Below are positions 40,509 through 53,600 of a stretch of DNA of 64,000 nucleotides, piece by piece. A model generated the notes under the pieces. It saw only the letters and a list, made by a program, of their open reading frames with translations, searched no databases and was not told the origin of the DNA. The stretch is taken from positions 29,574,001-29,638,000 of the forward strand of contig OX597831.1 of assembly GCA_951406725.2 (NCBI GenBank), read 5' to 3'. Each line of letters opens with the position of its first letter. Positions within the stretch are counted from its first letter, which is position 1. The DNA is from Octopus vulgaris. Its lineage: Eukaryota. Made by a program: the position numbers and the translations under genes.

Positions 40509-40641
40509 ATACACGCACACATATATTTGTACACATGTGTAAATACATATATCGTATACATTATTCATTGTTCTGCCATCATGAACAAGATTACAGTGGC
40601 ACGCACACACACACACGCACGCACACACGCACGCGCACACA

Positions 40642-40672
<31 letters not shown>

Positions 40673-40969
40673 GCGCTCTCTCTCTCTCTCTCTCTCTCTT
40701 TCATGCCCACTTGCACACGCAAAAACGTGCGCGCGCATTCACTTGTACTCTTCGTATTCTTACTCTCTCAGACTCCACACTTAAATCTCAATTGGCAAAT
40801 AAGGACAGAACGACCAGAAGCTATTTCAATCGCTGGTTTCATGCGACTGAGAATTCTCTGAGGTTTTCATAAAGGAATCGATACCCACTGGATATTAGTA
40901 GTTTCAGTGTGGAGCTCGATGTCGCGGGTTCGACTCACACGTTATGTGACTGATTAATATTTTTTTCAC

Positions 40970-41088
<119 letters not shown>

Positions 41089-41579
41089 GTGTGTGTATAT
41101 GTTTGTGTGTCTGTGTTTGTCCCCCCAGCATCGCTTGACAACCGACGCTGGTGTATATTTACATATATACACACACATATATACATATATATATACATAT
41201 CATTCGTTTTGATCATTACACTGCACCCATGCTCTGTCGATATTTTGTGCCTAAACCTATTCAAACACAAAAATTGTTTCAATGAAAATAATTCAGAAAT
41301 ATTTATTCTCCAAGACTTCAATCATAATTTGCACCAAGACCTTTAATTCCATTAAACCGACCTCTATGACTCCTTGTTACAAATTCATATATATTCATTA
41401 CAACAATCGTTCACTCATATGTAAATCAATGTTGCAGAGAGAATTAAAGACCGTGAAGAAGACATAATGGTGGAATACAATATATCCACAACCACAGATC
41501 TTCAAGTGGCTTTTCGTAAAGGAAAGACTCGAAGACAATGATTTGTTGGAACAAATATCTGGTCGTTGTCTATCACTTA

Positions 41580-41660
41580 TTGCTCTTCTCAGATCTAAAG
41601 ACGGATCTGTTTTGACCAATGATGAAGAAATCTTGAAGGGATGGACCGAGATCTTTTTCG
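41580..41660 (+). mobile_element. RTE LINE internal relic
   Basis: LLRSKDGSVLTNDEEILKGWTEIF resembles the linker between the endonuclease and RT domains. Confidence 0.55.
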
Positions 41661-41703
41661 TAACCGTCCACATGATATATAATATATATATATATATATA
41701 TAT

Positions 41704-41868
41704 AGGCGTAGGAGTGGGTGTGTGGTAAGTAGCTTGCTTACAAACCACATGGTTCCAAGTTCAGTCCGACTGCGTGGTACCTTGGGCAAGTGTCTTCTAC
41801 TGTCGCCTCGGGCCGACCAAAGCCTTGTGAGTGGATTTGGTACACGGAAATTGAAAGAAACCCGTCGT
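41704..41868 (+). mobile_element. SINE type A, 5' half
   Basis: Head and CORE-like motifs are present. Confidence 0.85.
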
Positions 41869-41904
41869 AAATATGCATATATATATATATATATATATAT
41901 AATA

Positions 41905-41969
<65 letters not shown>

Positions 41970-41988
41970 TGTGTGTGTGTGTGTGTGT

Positions 41989-42238
41989 GGAGACGCGTGG
42001 CTTAGTGGTTAGGGTGTCATCATCATGATCGTAAGACTGTGGTTTCGATTCCTGGACCGGGCGACGCGTTGTGCTCTTGAGCAAAACACTTCATTTCACG
42101 TTGCTGCAGTCCACTCAGCTGGCAAAAATGAGTAACGCTGCGATGGACTGCCGTCCTGTCCAGCTGGGGAACACGTACGCCATAGAAACCGCGAAACCAG
42201 GCCCATTAGCCTGGCTAGGCTTTAAAAGGGCGCATTTA
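41989..42238 (+). mobile_element. tRNA-headed SINE with type D core and alternative tail
   Basis: GGAGACGCGTGGCTTAGTGGTTAGG head, GGTTTCGATTCC B box and CTTGAGCAAAACACTTCATTTCACGTTGC core. Confidence 0.75.
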
Positions 42239-42848
42239 TATATATGTATATATTCTTATGAACATATACACATACATACAAATGAACACTCACACACACG
42301 CATATGCATAACCTTTATTTCCATTAAACCGACCTCTATGACTCCTTGTTACAAATTCATATATATTCATTACAACAATCGTTCACTCATATGGATAATA
42401 AAAATAATTTCATTAAACCTAGCAAAATTAGTAATTAATCCAGTAAATTAATTCAATATTATTAACAATAATAGTAGTGCCCCAGCATGGCTGCAGCTCA
42501 CGAACTTATGCTAATACGGAATCAGCCAATATAATGCTAAAAGCCATAAATCTATACAAAACAATATACAAAAGAACATTTAGAGTTATTTTAGGAAGTC
42601 TGATCTCAAAGTTCAATTAAAATTATTAATACTTATTCAAAATTAATTAAGGTTTTAATTATTATTACGTAATTTTATATACAGAAGTGGCTGTGTGTGG
42701 TAAAAATTGTTTTCGCATTTCATGCTTCCCAAGCACAAGTTTCCGGGTTCAGGGTCACAGCGTGCCACCTGGGTTGAGTGTCTTCAACTGCAGCCTTGGA
42801 CTAACCTACACCTCGATTTCATAGGGAGAAGCTCAATGAAATATAGAA

Positions 42849-42913
<65 letters not shown>

Positions 42914-43163
42914 TATTTCCTCGTGTTCCTTTCTGTTCAAGAGCGTAGGGTCGAAACGTAAAAGACTTTCTCACCTTCCCGAGCGTCGTTTCTACACGTT
43001 TAATGGAATGTGTGTGTGTGTGTCTTATGTTTTTGTGTATATGTGTTTGTGTGTCTCTCTCTCCACTGACGCCACCCCGCTGGCTAAGCGAGCAGGCCAA
43101 CAGAAGAAAGAGTGAGAGAAAGTGTGGTGAAAGAGTACAGCAGGGATCACCACCCCCTGCCGA

Positions 43164-43761
43164 AGCATAAGTAATGGGGTTGATTCGTTCGACTAAAGCC
43201 TTTTAAGTCGGTGCCCCAATATGGCCGCAATCCAATGCCTGAACACACACACACATCACACACACACACATCATACACACACACATACTCAGTCGCAAAA
43301 CGCACATACCCTCAGAAAGCACACACGTGCATACACACACACACACACACAAACAGAGAGAGAGAGAGAGAGAAAGTTGTATGGTTGTGTGGTTAAGAAG
43401 TTCATTTCGCATCCACTGAGTGCCGCGTTCAATCTCATTGCCTGTCTTCTAAGACAGCCTCGGCTTGAGCTAATGACTTGAGAATTAAATAACAAATATC
43501 AAAGAGATAACAAAAATCATCGTGTGTGTGTGTGTGGACACATGTATCAACCGATGCTGGTATGTCTACGTCTCCGTAACTTAGCGGTTCGGCAAAAGAG
43601 ACCGATAGAATAAGTACTAGGCTTACAAAGAAGAAGTTCTGGGGTCGATTTGCCCGACTAAAGGCGGTGCTCTAGCATGGTCGCAGTCAAATGACTGAAA
43701 CAAGTAAAAGAGTGAAGAGTTGAGTTTTAATTCCTTCGGAGTACGTCGGGGAATGTGTGTG

Positions 43762-43817
<56 letters not shown>

Positions 43818-43818
43818 G

Positions 43819-43862
<44 letters not shown>

Positions 43863-44061
43863 ACCGACACCTGTGTTGCTTTGTTTACGCCCTTGTAACT
43901 TAGGAGTATAGCATAAGATAACGATAGAATAACAGAACCAGGCTTTAAAAGCATAAGTAATGGGGTTGATTCGTTCGACTAAAGCCTTTTAAGTCGGTGC
44001 CCCAATATGGCCGCAATCCAATGCCTGAACACACACACACACACATCACACACACACACAT

Positions 44062-44125
<64 letters not shown>

Positions 44126-44310
44126 GAGAGAGAGAGAGAAAGTCGTATGGTTGTGTGGTTAAGAAGTTCATTTCGATTCCACTGAGTGCCGCGTTCAATC
44201 TCATTGCCTGTCTTCTAAGATAGCCTCGGCTTAAGCTAATGACTTGAGAATTTAATAAAAAATATCAAAAAGATGACAAAAATCATCGTGTGTGTGTGTG
44301 TGGACACATA
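43164..44310 (+). repeat. Local direct duplication (43164-43543 and 43950-44310)
   Basis: A near-identical composite of SINE tail, microsatellites and decayed SINE head occurs twice. Confidence 0.9.
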
Positions 44311-44544
44311 TATCAGTCTGTCTCTGTGTCAGTATCTACGTGTATCTGTTTCTGTGTTTGCCTTCCATTGACATCGTCGCAAACACATGGACTCTGTTAG
44401 TGTCTCATAACGTAGTGGTTCGTTGAACAGCTATCGATAAGAAATGTACGAGAGTTTAAAGATACCTTTAACGGTTAAATTTATAAACAATTCATAAATG
44501 AGGGCAGCGTATGATTGTATAATGCATATATATATATATATATA

Positions 44545-45132
44545 AAATTAAATAAGGGTAGAAATTGATATTAATTAATTAAAACCAGTGCCCTAGCATA
44601 TTTTAAAAAATCCGAAGATTAAAAATTTTTTACATATAAAATTTAGAGGACTGACCACTAAAAGTGGACAGCCTATATGCTAGATATAAGCGTCAAATCG
44701 CCATTTTCCACGAAGAATGTGTTCTCAAGAAAAAAGCTCAGCAAAAAACCAAAGTGTAAAAATAAGCAAGACAAATGAAAATATATGAAATAAAAAACGA
44801 TTACCTATGTACTAATTAGTTTCACTTGTAAATATTTAAGTATATGAACACGTAAATATCTGCAAGATCATCAGCATAGTCTAGATTTCGGTTGAGCGTT
44901 CTGTATCTAGTTCTGGAAATTGTGTTTTGTAAACGACAGACTATGCTGATGATCTTGCAATTAGTACATGGGTAATCGTTTTTTATGTCGTATATTTTCA
45001 TTTGTCTAGCTTATTTTTACGCTTTAGTTTTTTGCCGAGTTTTTCCTTCAGAACACATTCTTTGTAGAAAATGGCGATTTGACGTCTATATCTAGCATAT
45101 AGGCTGTCCACTTTTAGTGGTCAGTCCTCTAA

Positions 45133-45140
<8 letters not shown>
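44545..45140. mobile_element. Inverted Penelope-like repeat pair between (TA)n tracts
   Basis: 44636-44882 is the reverse complement of 44938-45140, whose arm has an internal deletion. The same family occurs at 58086-58268. Confidence 0.8.
44805..44879 (-). ncRNA. Canonical-core type I hammerhead ribozyme
   Basis: CTATG-CTGATGA-T-CTTG-c-AGATATTTA-(loop)-TAAATATTT-a-CAAG-T-GAAA-CTAATTAG-TA-CATAG. Confidence 0.8.
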
Positions 45141-45179
<39 letters not shown>

Positions 45180-45271
45180 GTATTTGTGTGTCTGTGTGTG
45201 TGTGTCTGTGTTCGTATGTGTATGTATTCTTGTATGTAAAACCCAGACACACATATGCACACACACACACG

Positions 45272-45343
<72 letters not shown>

Positions 45344-45447
45344 AAAGCATTAGTTAGGATATTAACAATTCAAAAGAACGGAAATTTTATTTCTTTCCAG
45401 CATAGACATGATTCAATCTCAGTAAAACATACATACTTATACACACG

Positions 45448-45492
<45 letters not shown>

Positions 45493-45616
45493 GTATATAT
45501 ATGTATGTATGTATGTATATATATGTATATATATATATGTATATAAATATGTATATATATATATGTATATATATGTATACATATATGTATATATACATAT
45601 ATATATACATATATAT

Positions 45617-45653
<37 letters not shown>

Positions 45654-46009
45654 TTGTGTGTGTGTGTGTGTGTGTGTATAATCTATACATGTATGTATAT
45701 GTGCACACATATGTAAATACATGTACAGTAAATTATGCATGCAAATATTCGACTTGACAATTTCCAGGTCGTCTAAACTAAACGCTAATGATACCGCAGC
45801 TCTATAATAAATAATTCATATAAATAGAAAATTTAAGAGCCTACAATATATTCAAGGTGATAAAACCTGGACACAATCACACATTCGTATAGACATACGT
45901 ACATAGAGACATGCACGCGCGCGCGCGCGCATAATATGTAATTTTTACCACGTGAGGAAATGACTAACCCATATCCACAAACGTCCACATGTACATAAGG
46001 TAACCTAAA

Positions 46010-46488
46010 GACCCCCTTCGGTCATGAATGACCATGGGATTGCACCTAGAAAGTTACCCTCCTAGACACAAGTCCGGGCAAGGTTGTTTATGGAAGACCA
46101 GCAGTCGCCCATGCATACCGGCCTCCCCTCTCCACGCCACCAGTGTTATCCAAGGGAAAGACAAAGGTCGATACAGCTTGGCACCAGTGACGTCGCAACT
46201 CATTTCTACAGCTGAGTGAACTGGAGCAACGTGAAATAAAGTGCCTTGCTCAAGAACACAACACCCAGCTCGGTCCGGGATTTGAGCTCACAACCTCACG
46301 ATCGTAAGCTCGACGCTCTAACCACTGAGCCATGCGCCTTCACTTCATTTCTACAGCTGAGTGAACTGGAGCAACGTGAAATAAAGTGCCTTGCTCAAGA
46401 ACACAACACCCAGCTCGGTCCGGGATTCGAGCTCACAACCTCACGATCGTAAGCTCGACGCTCTAACCACTGAGTCATGCGCCTTCAC
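46010..46488 (-). mobile_element. SINE type D with duplicated head-plus-core
   Basis: Two tandem heads are present (about 46198-46343 and 46343-46488). The imperfect TSD is ATAAGGT(A/C)ACC. Confidence 0.85.
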
Positions 46489-46775
46489 TATAAGGTCACC
46501 ATTACCTATAAAATAGGTAAATATGTATAAATATCAGACACTAGAGGATACATGAAAATCGTAGTGAAATCGTTAAGGGGACAAGTGTGTAATGAAAGGT
46601 TTACACAAGTCAATGAAGTAATTAGATAATTAATTCGTTAAAAACGAAACCGGAGCTACCATTTGTGTGAGCTGGGGAGGGGTGTTTTCATGATTGTTTT
46701 TTTTTCTTTGATAGACAGACCTACATCGAATTAAGATAATATAACGAAGAATATATCATGTAAAATAAAATTTGT

Positions 46776-46810
<35 letters not shown>

Positions 46811-46835
46811 TACACACACATACACATACACACAT

Positions 46836-47670
46836 ACGCGCAGGCGTGGCTGTGGTAAGAGGCTTCTTTCTCAACCACATGCTTTCCGGTTCAATCCCAT
46901 TGCGTGGCACATGTCTTCAGTCTCATTGTGTGGGCAAGTGTTTTCTACTATAGCCCCAGGCCGACCAAAGCCTTGTGAGTGGATTTAGTTGACAGAAACT
47001 GAATGAAGCGCAGAAACTGAAAGGCAGCGAGCTGGCAGAAACGTTAGCACGCTGGGCGAAATGCTTAGCGGTATTTCGTCTGCGTTACGTTGTGAGTTCA
47101 AATTCCGTCGAGGTCGACTTTGCCTTTCATCCTTTCGGGGTCGATAAATTAAGTACCAGTTACGCATTGGGGTCGATGTAATCGACTTAATACCTATGTC
47201 TGTCCTTGTTTGTTCCCTCTGTGTTTAGCCCCTTGTGGGTAATAAAGAAATAGGTATTTCGTCTGCTGCTACGTTCTGAGTTCAAATTCCGTCGAGGTTG
47301 ACTTTGCCTTTCATCCTTTCGGGGTCTATAAATAAAGTACCAGTTAAGCCCTGAGGTCGATGTAATCGAATTAATCCCTTTTTCTGTCCTTGTTTGTCCC
47401 CTCTATGTTTAGCCCCTTGTGGGCAATAAAGAAATAAGAAACTGAATGAAGCACGTCGTAAATATGTGTGTGCGCGCGCGCGTATGTCTTTGTGTGTGTG
47501 TTTGTCTCCCATATCACCGCTTGACAACCGGTGTTGGTCTGTTTACGTCCCCGTAACTTGGCAGTTTGGCAAAAATCCTGGTGGCATCGATCTGTTCGGC
47601 TAAAACACTTCAAGGCAGTGCCCCAGCATGGCCGCAGTCAAATAACTGAAATAAGTAATAGAATAAAAGA
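46836..47670 (+). mobile_element. SINE type A interrupted by a type B dimer (47021-47437)
   Basis: The TSD AGAAACTGAATGAAGC lies at 46994-47009 and 47437-47452. Confidence 0.85.
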
Positions 47671-47737
47671 ATATATGTTCGTATATACATTCTTAACGTC
47701 ATAAGAATTTTTTAACTCCCGAAAGAAAAAAAGAAAT

Positions 47738-48070
47738 TATTACCTCCGCCTTAACGAAGGACGAGGCATTGTTTCAGTCCCGTTTGTTTGCTTGTAAGTC
47801 CGTGGACAAGATATCTCAATAATCGCTGAATGGATTCGGGTGAAACTTCCAGGTATGTTTGGCCCCCTGACTGGCATGAATTGATTAGATTTTGGGACCG
47901 ATCCGGTACCGGACAAAGATTCTGGATTATTTTTCCTGTTTATTTACTTAATTTTTGAGAACTGTCAGGTTCATTTTTAATATATTCGTTTGTGAGAACA
48001 GTTGAGTTTATTTCAGATATTCTAATTTTAACATCTCCGGCCAATCGTTGAGAAGACGTTGGTGTTGCCC
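47738..48070 (+). mobile_element. Helentron-associated (HINE/DINE-1-like) element, 3'-truncated
   Basis: It starts TATTACCTCCGCC with a nearby imperfect inverted copy and a GTTTGTTT tract, then a core with CCGATCCGGTACCGG. Confidence 0.55.
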
Positions 48071-48149
48071 GTGTTCTTATTTGGAATTGGTCCTCGAAGT
48101 AAAGATAAAGCTAAAATAATTATTTCAAAATTTTTTACATGGTCAGCTT

Positions 48150-48722
48150 GGAGTCGATCAAATTCACCCCCAGTGGTCAACTGATACTTATTTTATCGAC
48201 CTAGAAAGGATAAAAGGTAAAGTCGACCTTACTAGATTTTGAACTCAGAACATAGCGATGGGTGAAATAAGTATTTCGCCCAACGATTCTGCCAGCTCGT
48301 CGCCTTCAATCCTTCCTACTATAGGAAGGAACAAGGCCTGAAATTTTGGGGGAGGAGGTCACTCGATTAGATTGACCTCTGTTCGCAACTGGTACTTAAT
48401 TTACCGACCATGAAAGGATAAAAGACAAAGTCGACCTCGGCGGAGTTTGAACTCAAAACGGAGCGACGGGCGAAATACCGCTAAGCATTTCATCCAACGT
48501 GCTAACGATTCTGCCAGCTCGCCGCCTTCTGCCAGCTTGCCGCCTTCATACCTTCCTACTCTAGGAACAAGGCCTGAAATTTTGGAGGAGGTGGTCACTC
48601 GATTAGATCGACCCCTGTACGCAACTGGTACATAATTTATCGATCCCGAAAGGATGAAAGGCAAAGTCGACCTCGGTGGATTTTGAACTCAGAACAGAGC
48701 GACGGGTGAAATACCATTAAGC
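48150..48722 (-). mobile_element. Tandem array of SINE type B units
   Basis: About three head-to-tail units. Confidence 0.8.
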
Positions 48723-48726
48723 ATTC

Positions 48727-49046
48727 ACTTAAAGAGAATAACAAGCTACATAAGGCAAATTTTTTACTTTTCAAAAATTCCAATTCTAAAGGATCGAAAA
48801 GAATTTTTATGTGATGTCATTGGTTTTGAGCGAACGGCGGATCAGCTAATCCAATGCAGAGGAGTAATGTTCGCTGCGTCAATGCTCTAATTTTCAAGGT
48901 CGTCAGCTGCTACAGCGTTGAGTAAAATTCAGCAATTTCAATCGATTTTTGTGAGAAAAACTGATTGCATTAGCATAAGACAGAACGAATAAATGAAACA
49001 ACTCTAAAAAAAAAAACCCCGAGCAACGCCGGGCTATACTGCTTGT
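48727..49046 (+). mobile_element. Non-autonomous Helitron, 3' portion
   Basis: It ends with the CCCGAGCAACGCCGGG hairpin then CTATACTGCTTG (decayed CTAG). Confidence 0.7.
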
Positions 49047-49053
49047 ATATATA

Positions 49054-49088
<35 letters not shown>

Positions 49089-49100
49089 GTGGCTGTGTGG

Positions 49101-49516
49101 AGGCGCAGGAGTGGCTATGTGGTAAGTAGCTTGCTTACCAACCACATAGTTCCGGGTTCAATCCCACTGCGTGGCACCTTGGGCAAGTGTCTTCTACTAT
49201 AGCCTCGGGCCGACCAAAGCCTTGTGAGTGGATTTGGTAGACGGAAACTGAAAGAAGCCCGTCGTATATATGTATGTATGTATGTATGTATGTGTATATG
49301 TAGTGTATCTGTGTTTGTCTCCCCCCCCAACATCGCTTGACAACCGATGCTGGTGTGTTTAGGTCCCCGTAACTTAGCGGTTCGGCAGAAGAGACCGATA
49401 GAATAAGTACTAGGCTTACAAAGAATAAGTCCTGGGGGTCGATTTGATTCGACTAAAGGCAGTGCTCCAGCATGGCCGCAGTCAAATGACTGAAACAAGT
49501 AAAAGAGTAAAAGAGT
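49101..49516 (+). mobile_element. SINE type A, full-length
   Basis: Head GGCGCAGGAGTGGCTATGTGGT, B box GGTTCAATCCC and (GTAAAAGA)n tail. Confidence 0.9.
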
Positions 49517-49549
49517 ATACTCTTTTACTCTTTTACTTGCTTCAGTATA

Positions 49550-49980
49550 TGAATATAAAAAATGGGACAAGAACGCAAAACATCTAAACAGTTAGATGAT
49601 ACAATAAAGGACCAACAAAATATCCAGACAGATGATACAACAAAGGGATAAGAAAAAGCAAGGATGGGTCATTCGGAGTTTTCTTTCGTCAGTCGAGTTC
49701 CAGATTATCTCTGCAATTTCGGCTGGTTTTACTCGAGATTGCTCCAATCTGGCCAGCCCCAAGGAAAATCTAAGGTAAGAGCACTAAATTCCTTGGAAGA
49801 AAAGCAGCGAATGTATACAAAAACAAGGACGGAAATTAACGAAGAAATGGTACACAAATACAAATGCAAATAACAGGACATAAACAATAGGTGTCTTTCG
49901 ACTAAGGACGAATTGAATTAAGCTGGCGTGTGTGGAAGAGAAACCTTACGGCAGGGACATAAGAAGTGAAAGACATGGGG
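49550..49980 (-). mobile_element. Penelope-like repeat fragment
   Basis: Same family as the arms at 31750 and 32546. The minus strand has CTGACGA...GAA with no clean stem II. Confidence 0.45.
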
Positions 49981-50238
49981 AGGAATATAGATGCTGCACG
50001 GATGGTAGACGAACCAAGAAAAAAAGGTCAGGCCTGGCCTGTGGGTGTGGGGGGAGGGGGTGCACGCGCGCATGCGTATGTATATATATATATATATAAA
50101 GCCAAGATGAACCGAAATGTACCACAGTCCTGTTGTGCCTCAACAGGCCGAAACTTCGAAAAAATAAATTCGTACTCTACAAAAGGAGTTGAGTAATCCT
50201 CCAGTACTGCTGCTCTTACAACATAAAAACAAACATCA

Positions 50239-50307
<69 letters not shown>

Positions 50308-50984
50308 AATATATATACATACATACATACACATGCATACATATATATATACTTATATATATATATGTAAATATACATATGTGTATATATATATATGTAT
50401 ATATATACTTATATATATATATGTATGTATGTATGTATATATACATATATATATATGTTTGTATGTGTATTATTTATATATGTTGTGTGTCAATGTGTGT
50501 GTGCGTGTGTGTGTGTGTGTGAGTGTGTGTGTATTGCTTTGTATACAGTTCAATATTGAGATGTGTTATTTAGTGACAGGTAATATTTTGGTGACGTCGC
50601 CGCCTGTTGTTTTTGTCTGTAGACTACAATATTAAACTTACCTTTCAGGTGTGTGTGTGTGTGTCTGTGTCTGTGTGTTCGTATGTGAGTATCTGTAATC
50701 CTGTGTGGGTGGGTGTATGTGTGTGTGCGTATCAATAGGAAGGAAAAGGGAAGGTGGAAGGAAGGAGAAAAGTAAGAAGGAAGGCAATAAAAGTATACAT
50801 CACCTGTAGATCGTTTATTGTAAATAGGGGTCTCTTAAAACATGTCTGACAACCAGTGCACTGGTTGACCTGTTTTAAGGTTACCAAAAGGACTGGGGAG
50901 AGGGATCAGGGGTGGGTTGTTGTCTGTGGTTGTAGTAGCGGTGATAGTAACATGATGTTGACCTGTGGGACACGGGCAGTAGGA

Positions 50985-51762
50985 GGTGTTGTATAGCCCC
51001 AGGCCTGTCCTGATCCACCACTCATATGGTACCTAGGTACATGTTGCTGTATAGCCCCTGATCTGTCCTTTTCCACCAGTTCTATGGCACCCAAATATTT
51101 GCTTCATAGCCCTAGGTCAGTACTGACCCACAAGAGCAATGATGCCCATGTACTTGTTGTATAACCGGGTCAGCCGTGACCCACCAATCTTATGGTACCC
51201 GGGTAGTTATTGCATATATTGCCCCAGGCCAGTCCTATCTACCATACTAATGCTTACTAGGTAATTACTGTTGTACAGCCCCAGATCAGTTATGATCCAC
51301 TAGATCAATGGTACCCAGGTACTTGTTGTGTTATAACCCTAGGTCAGTCCTGATCCACCAGATCTATGGTACCAGGTACATGTTCAGTCCCACATCAGTC
51401 CTATCCACCAAACCAATGCTAACCGGGTATTTGCTGTTGTATAGCCCCGGGTCAGTCATGATCCACTAGATCAATGGTACCCAGGCACATATATAGCCCT
51501 GGGTCTATCCTCATCCCCAGTCCAGTGGTAACCAGGTACTTATTGTTGTATAGCCCCAGGTCAGTCCTATCCACCCAACCCTTGGTAACCAAGTACTTGT
51601 TGTGTAGCTCCAGATCACTCCTGATCCACCTGGCCTATGATACCCAGGTAGTTGTTCTTGTATAGACCCAGGTCAGTCTTGACCCACCACACCTGTAGTA
51701 CCCAGTTATTCGTTGTTATATAGCCCCAGGTCTGTCCTGGTCAGGTAGTCCTATGGTACCCG
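50985..51762 (+). repeat. Diverged minisatellite, about 55-bp unit, about 14 copies
   Basis: Consensus is near GTACTTGTTGTATAGCCCCAGGTCAGTCCTGATCCACCAGATCTATGGTACCCAG. Confidence 0.88.
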
Positions 51763-52089
51763 TCATCATACTCATCGTCAGGAACACCACCACCACCATC
51801 ACCATCACCACCACCGTCACTACCACCATCATCACCCCTACTGCCACCACCACCATTATTCATTACCATTCCAGGTGGTTGACAGTAAAACAGGTGTCAC
51901 TGTGGATGATGTACAGAAATAGACAGATCGAGTCCCCACACACCTTCATCTCCCCTCAGAAACTCCACACCACACCCTCACCACCTCCGTTTCATTCTTC
52001 GTGCTTAATTACGGGTGGAAGGGTGTAAAAGGTCTGACTGATAAGAGTTGTAACAACAACAACACTGCTACTACTACTACTACTACTAC

Positions 52090-52148
<59 letters not shown>

Positions 52149-52189
52149 TAATAATGATGATGATGATGATGATGATAATAATAACATCT

Positions 52190-52340
52190 TTATGTTTTGA
52201 GTTCAAATTCCGCCTAGGTTGACTTTGCCTTTCATTCTTTCGGGGTCGATAAAATAAGTACCAGTTGAACACTGGGATTGATGTAATCGACTAATCCCCT
52301 TCCCCAAAATTGCTGGCCTTGTGCCAAAGTTTGAAACCAA
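52190..52340 (+). mobile_element. SINE type B body with alternative tail
   Basis: The Meta-like domain is followed by CCCCAAAATTGCTGGCCTTGTGCCAAA. Confidence 0.75.
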
Positions 52341-52424
52341 TGTATAATTTCAAAAATATAATGGGATTTTATTAATGTTTCAAATGACTATAGGGGGTCC
52401 ATCCGAGAAAAAATAGTTTTTTTT

Positions 52425-52697
52425 CCCTTCTCGAGCCACACCTGGCTCATAAGGGCCTGTTTCCTGGTTTCCTTGGCGTTTCCGGTCCGTCGCAGGTGAG
52501 CTGCTCGATGCAGGAAGAAAGAATGAGAGAAAGTTGTGGTGAAAGAGTCAGCAGAAGTTTGCCATTACCTTCTGGCGGAGCCACGTGGAGCTTAGGTGTT
52601 TCACTCATAAACACACACATCGCCCGGTCTGAGATTCGAAACCGCGATCCCTCGACCGCGAGTCCGCTGCTCTAACCATTAGGCCATGTGCCTCCAC
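52425..52697 (-). mobile_element. SINE with type C head and alternative tail
   Basis: The head matches 24974. The tail resembles that of 41989-42238. Confidence 0.75.
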
Positions 52698-53126
52698 CAA
52701 AAGAGTCCATAGGTTTTTCTTTTAAAAAATGACTGAGAGACACAGGAGAAGAGTAAGACAGTTCTTATGTTTATGTTTATGAGTCAAGTAAGGTTGACCT
52801 ATAAAATGAGGTTGTTACTTTTATGTTTAAATTACGTTGAAGAATGTGGAGTGTGGTCGATAGATTTGAGATCCAGTTATCTATGGAGCATCAATGAAAG
52901 CCACGAATTCTTGTTCTGTCGTGGGAACATCTTGCATCGCAATTGAAAGCTGATGCCATTCTGTGGATAAAAGGCTTCATATTTAGTAATGATGAAGTGG
53001 TCTTTTATGATGTAAAAGACCACGTCATAAAGCCATTCTTTCTATTATAGGCACAAGACCTGAAATTTTGGGTGATGGGCTATTTGATAGCATGAATGTT
53101 ATGATTATATGTATGTGTGGGTGCAT

Positions 53127-53510
53127 GTAGCTTGCTAACCAGCCACATGGTTCCGGGTTCAGTCCCACTGCGTGGCATCTTGGGCAATTGTCTTCTGCTA
53201 TAGCCCCGGGCCGACCAATGCCTTGTGAGTGGATTTGGTAGACGGAAACTGAAAGAAGCCTGTCGTATATATGTATATTTATATATATGTATGTGTGTGT
53301 GTTTGTGTGTCTGTGTTTGTTCCCCTAGCATTGCTTGACAACCGATGCTGGTGTGTTTACGTCCCCGTCACTTAGCGGTTCGGCAAAAAGAGACCGATAG
53401 AATAAGTACTGGGCTTACAAAAAGAATAAGTCCCGGGGTCGAGTTGCTCGACTAAAGGCGGTGCTCCAGCATGGCTGCAGTCAAATGACTGAAACAAGTA
53501 AAAGAGAGTA
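53127..53510 (+). mobile_element. SINE type A, slightly 5'-truncated
   Basis: Matches other copies. Confidence 0.88.
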
Positions 53511-53513
53511 AAG

Positions 53514-53594
<81 letters not shown>

Positions 53595-53600
53595 CGTATA

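Noticed and set aside
50540-50650. Possible micro-exon (AG...GT signals); similar isolated signals at about 10868 and 56670
   Set aside because: Isolated splice-like motifs have no coding support. RNA-seq would be needed.
50985-51762. CRISPR-like periodicity
   Set aside because: Whole units are homologous with no unique spacers, no cas genes are present and the context is eukaryotic.
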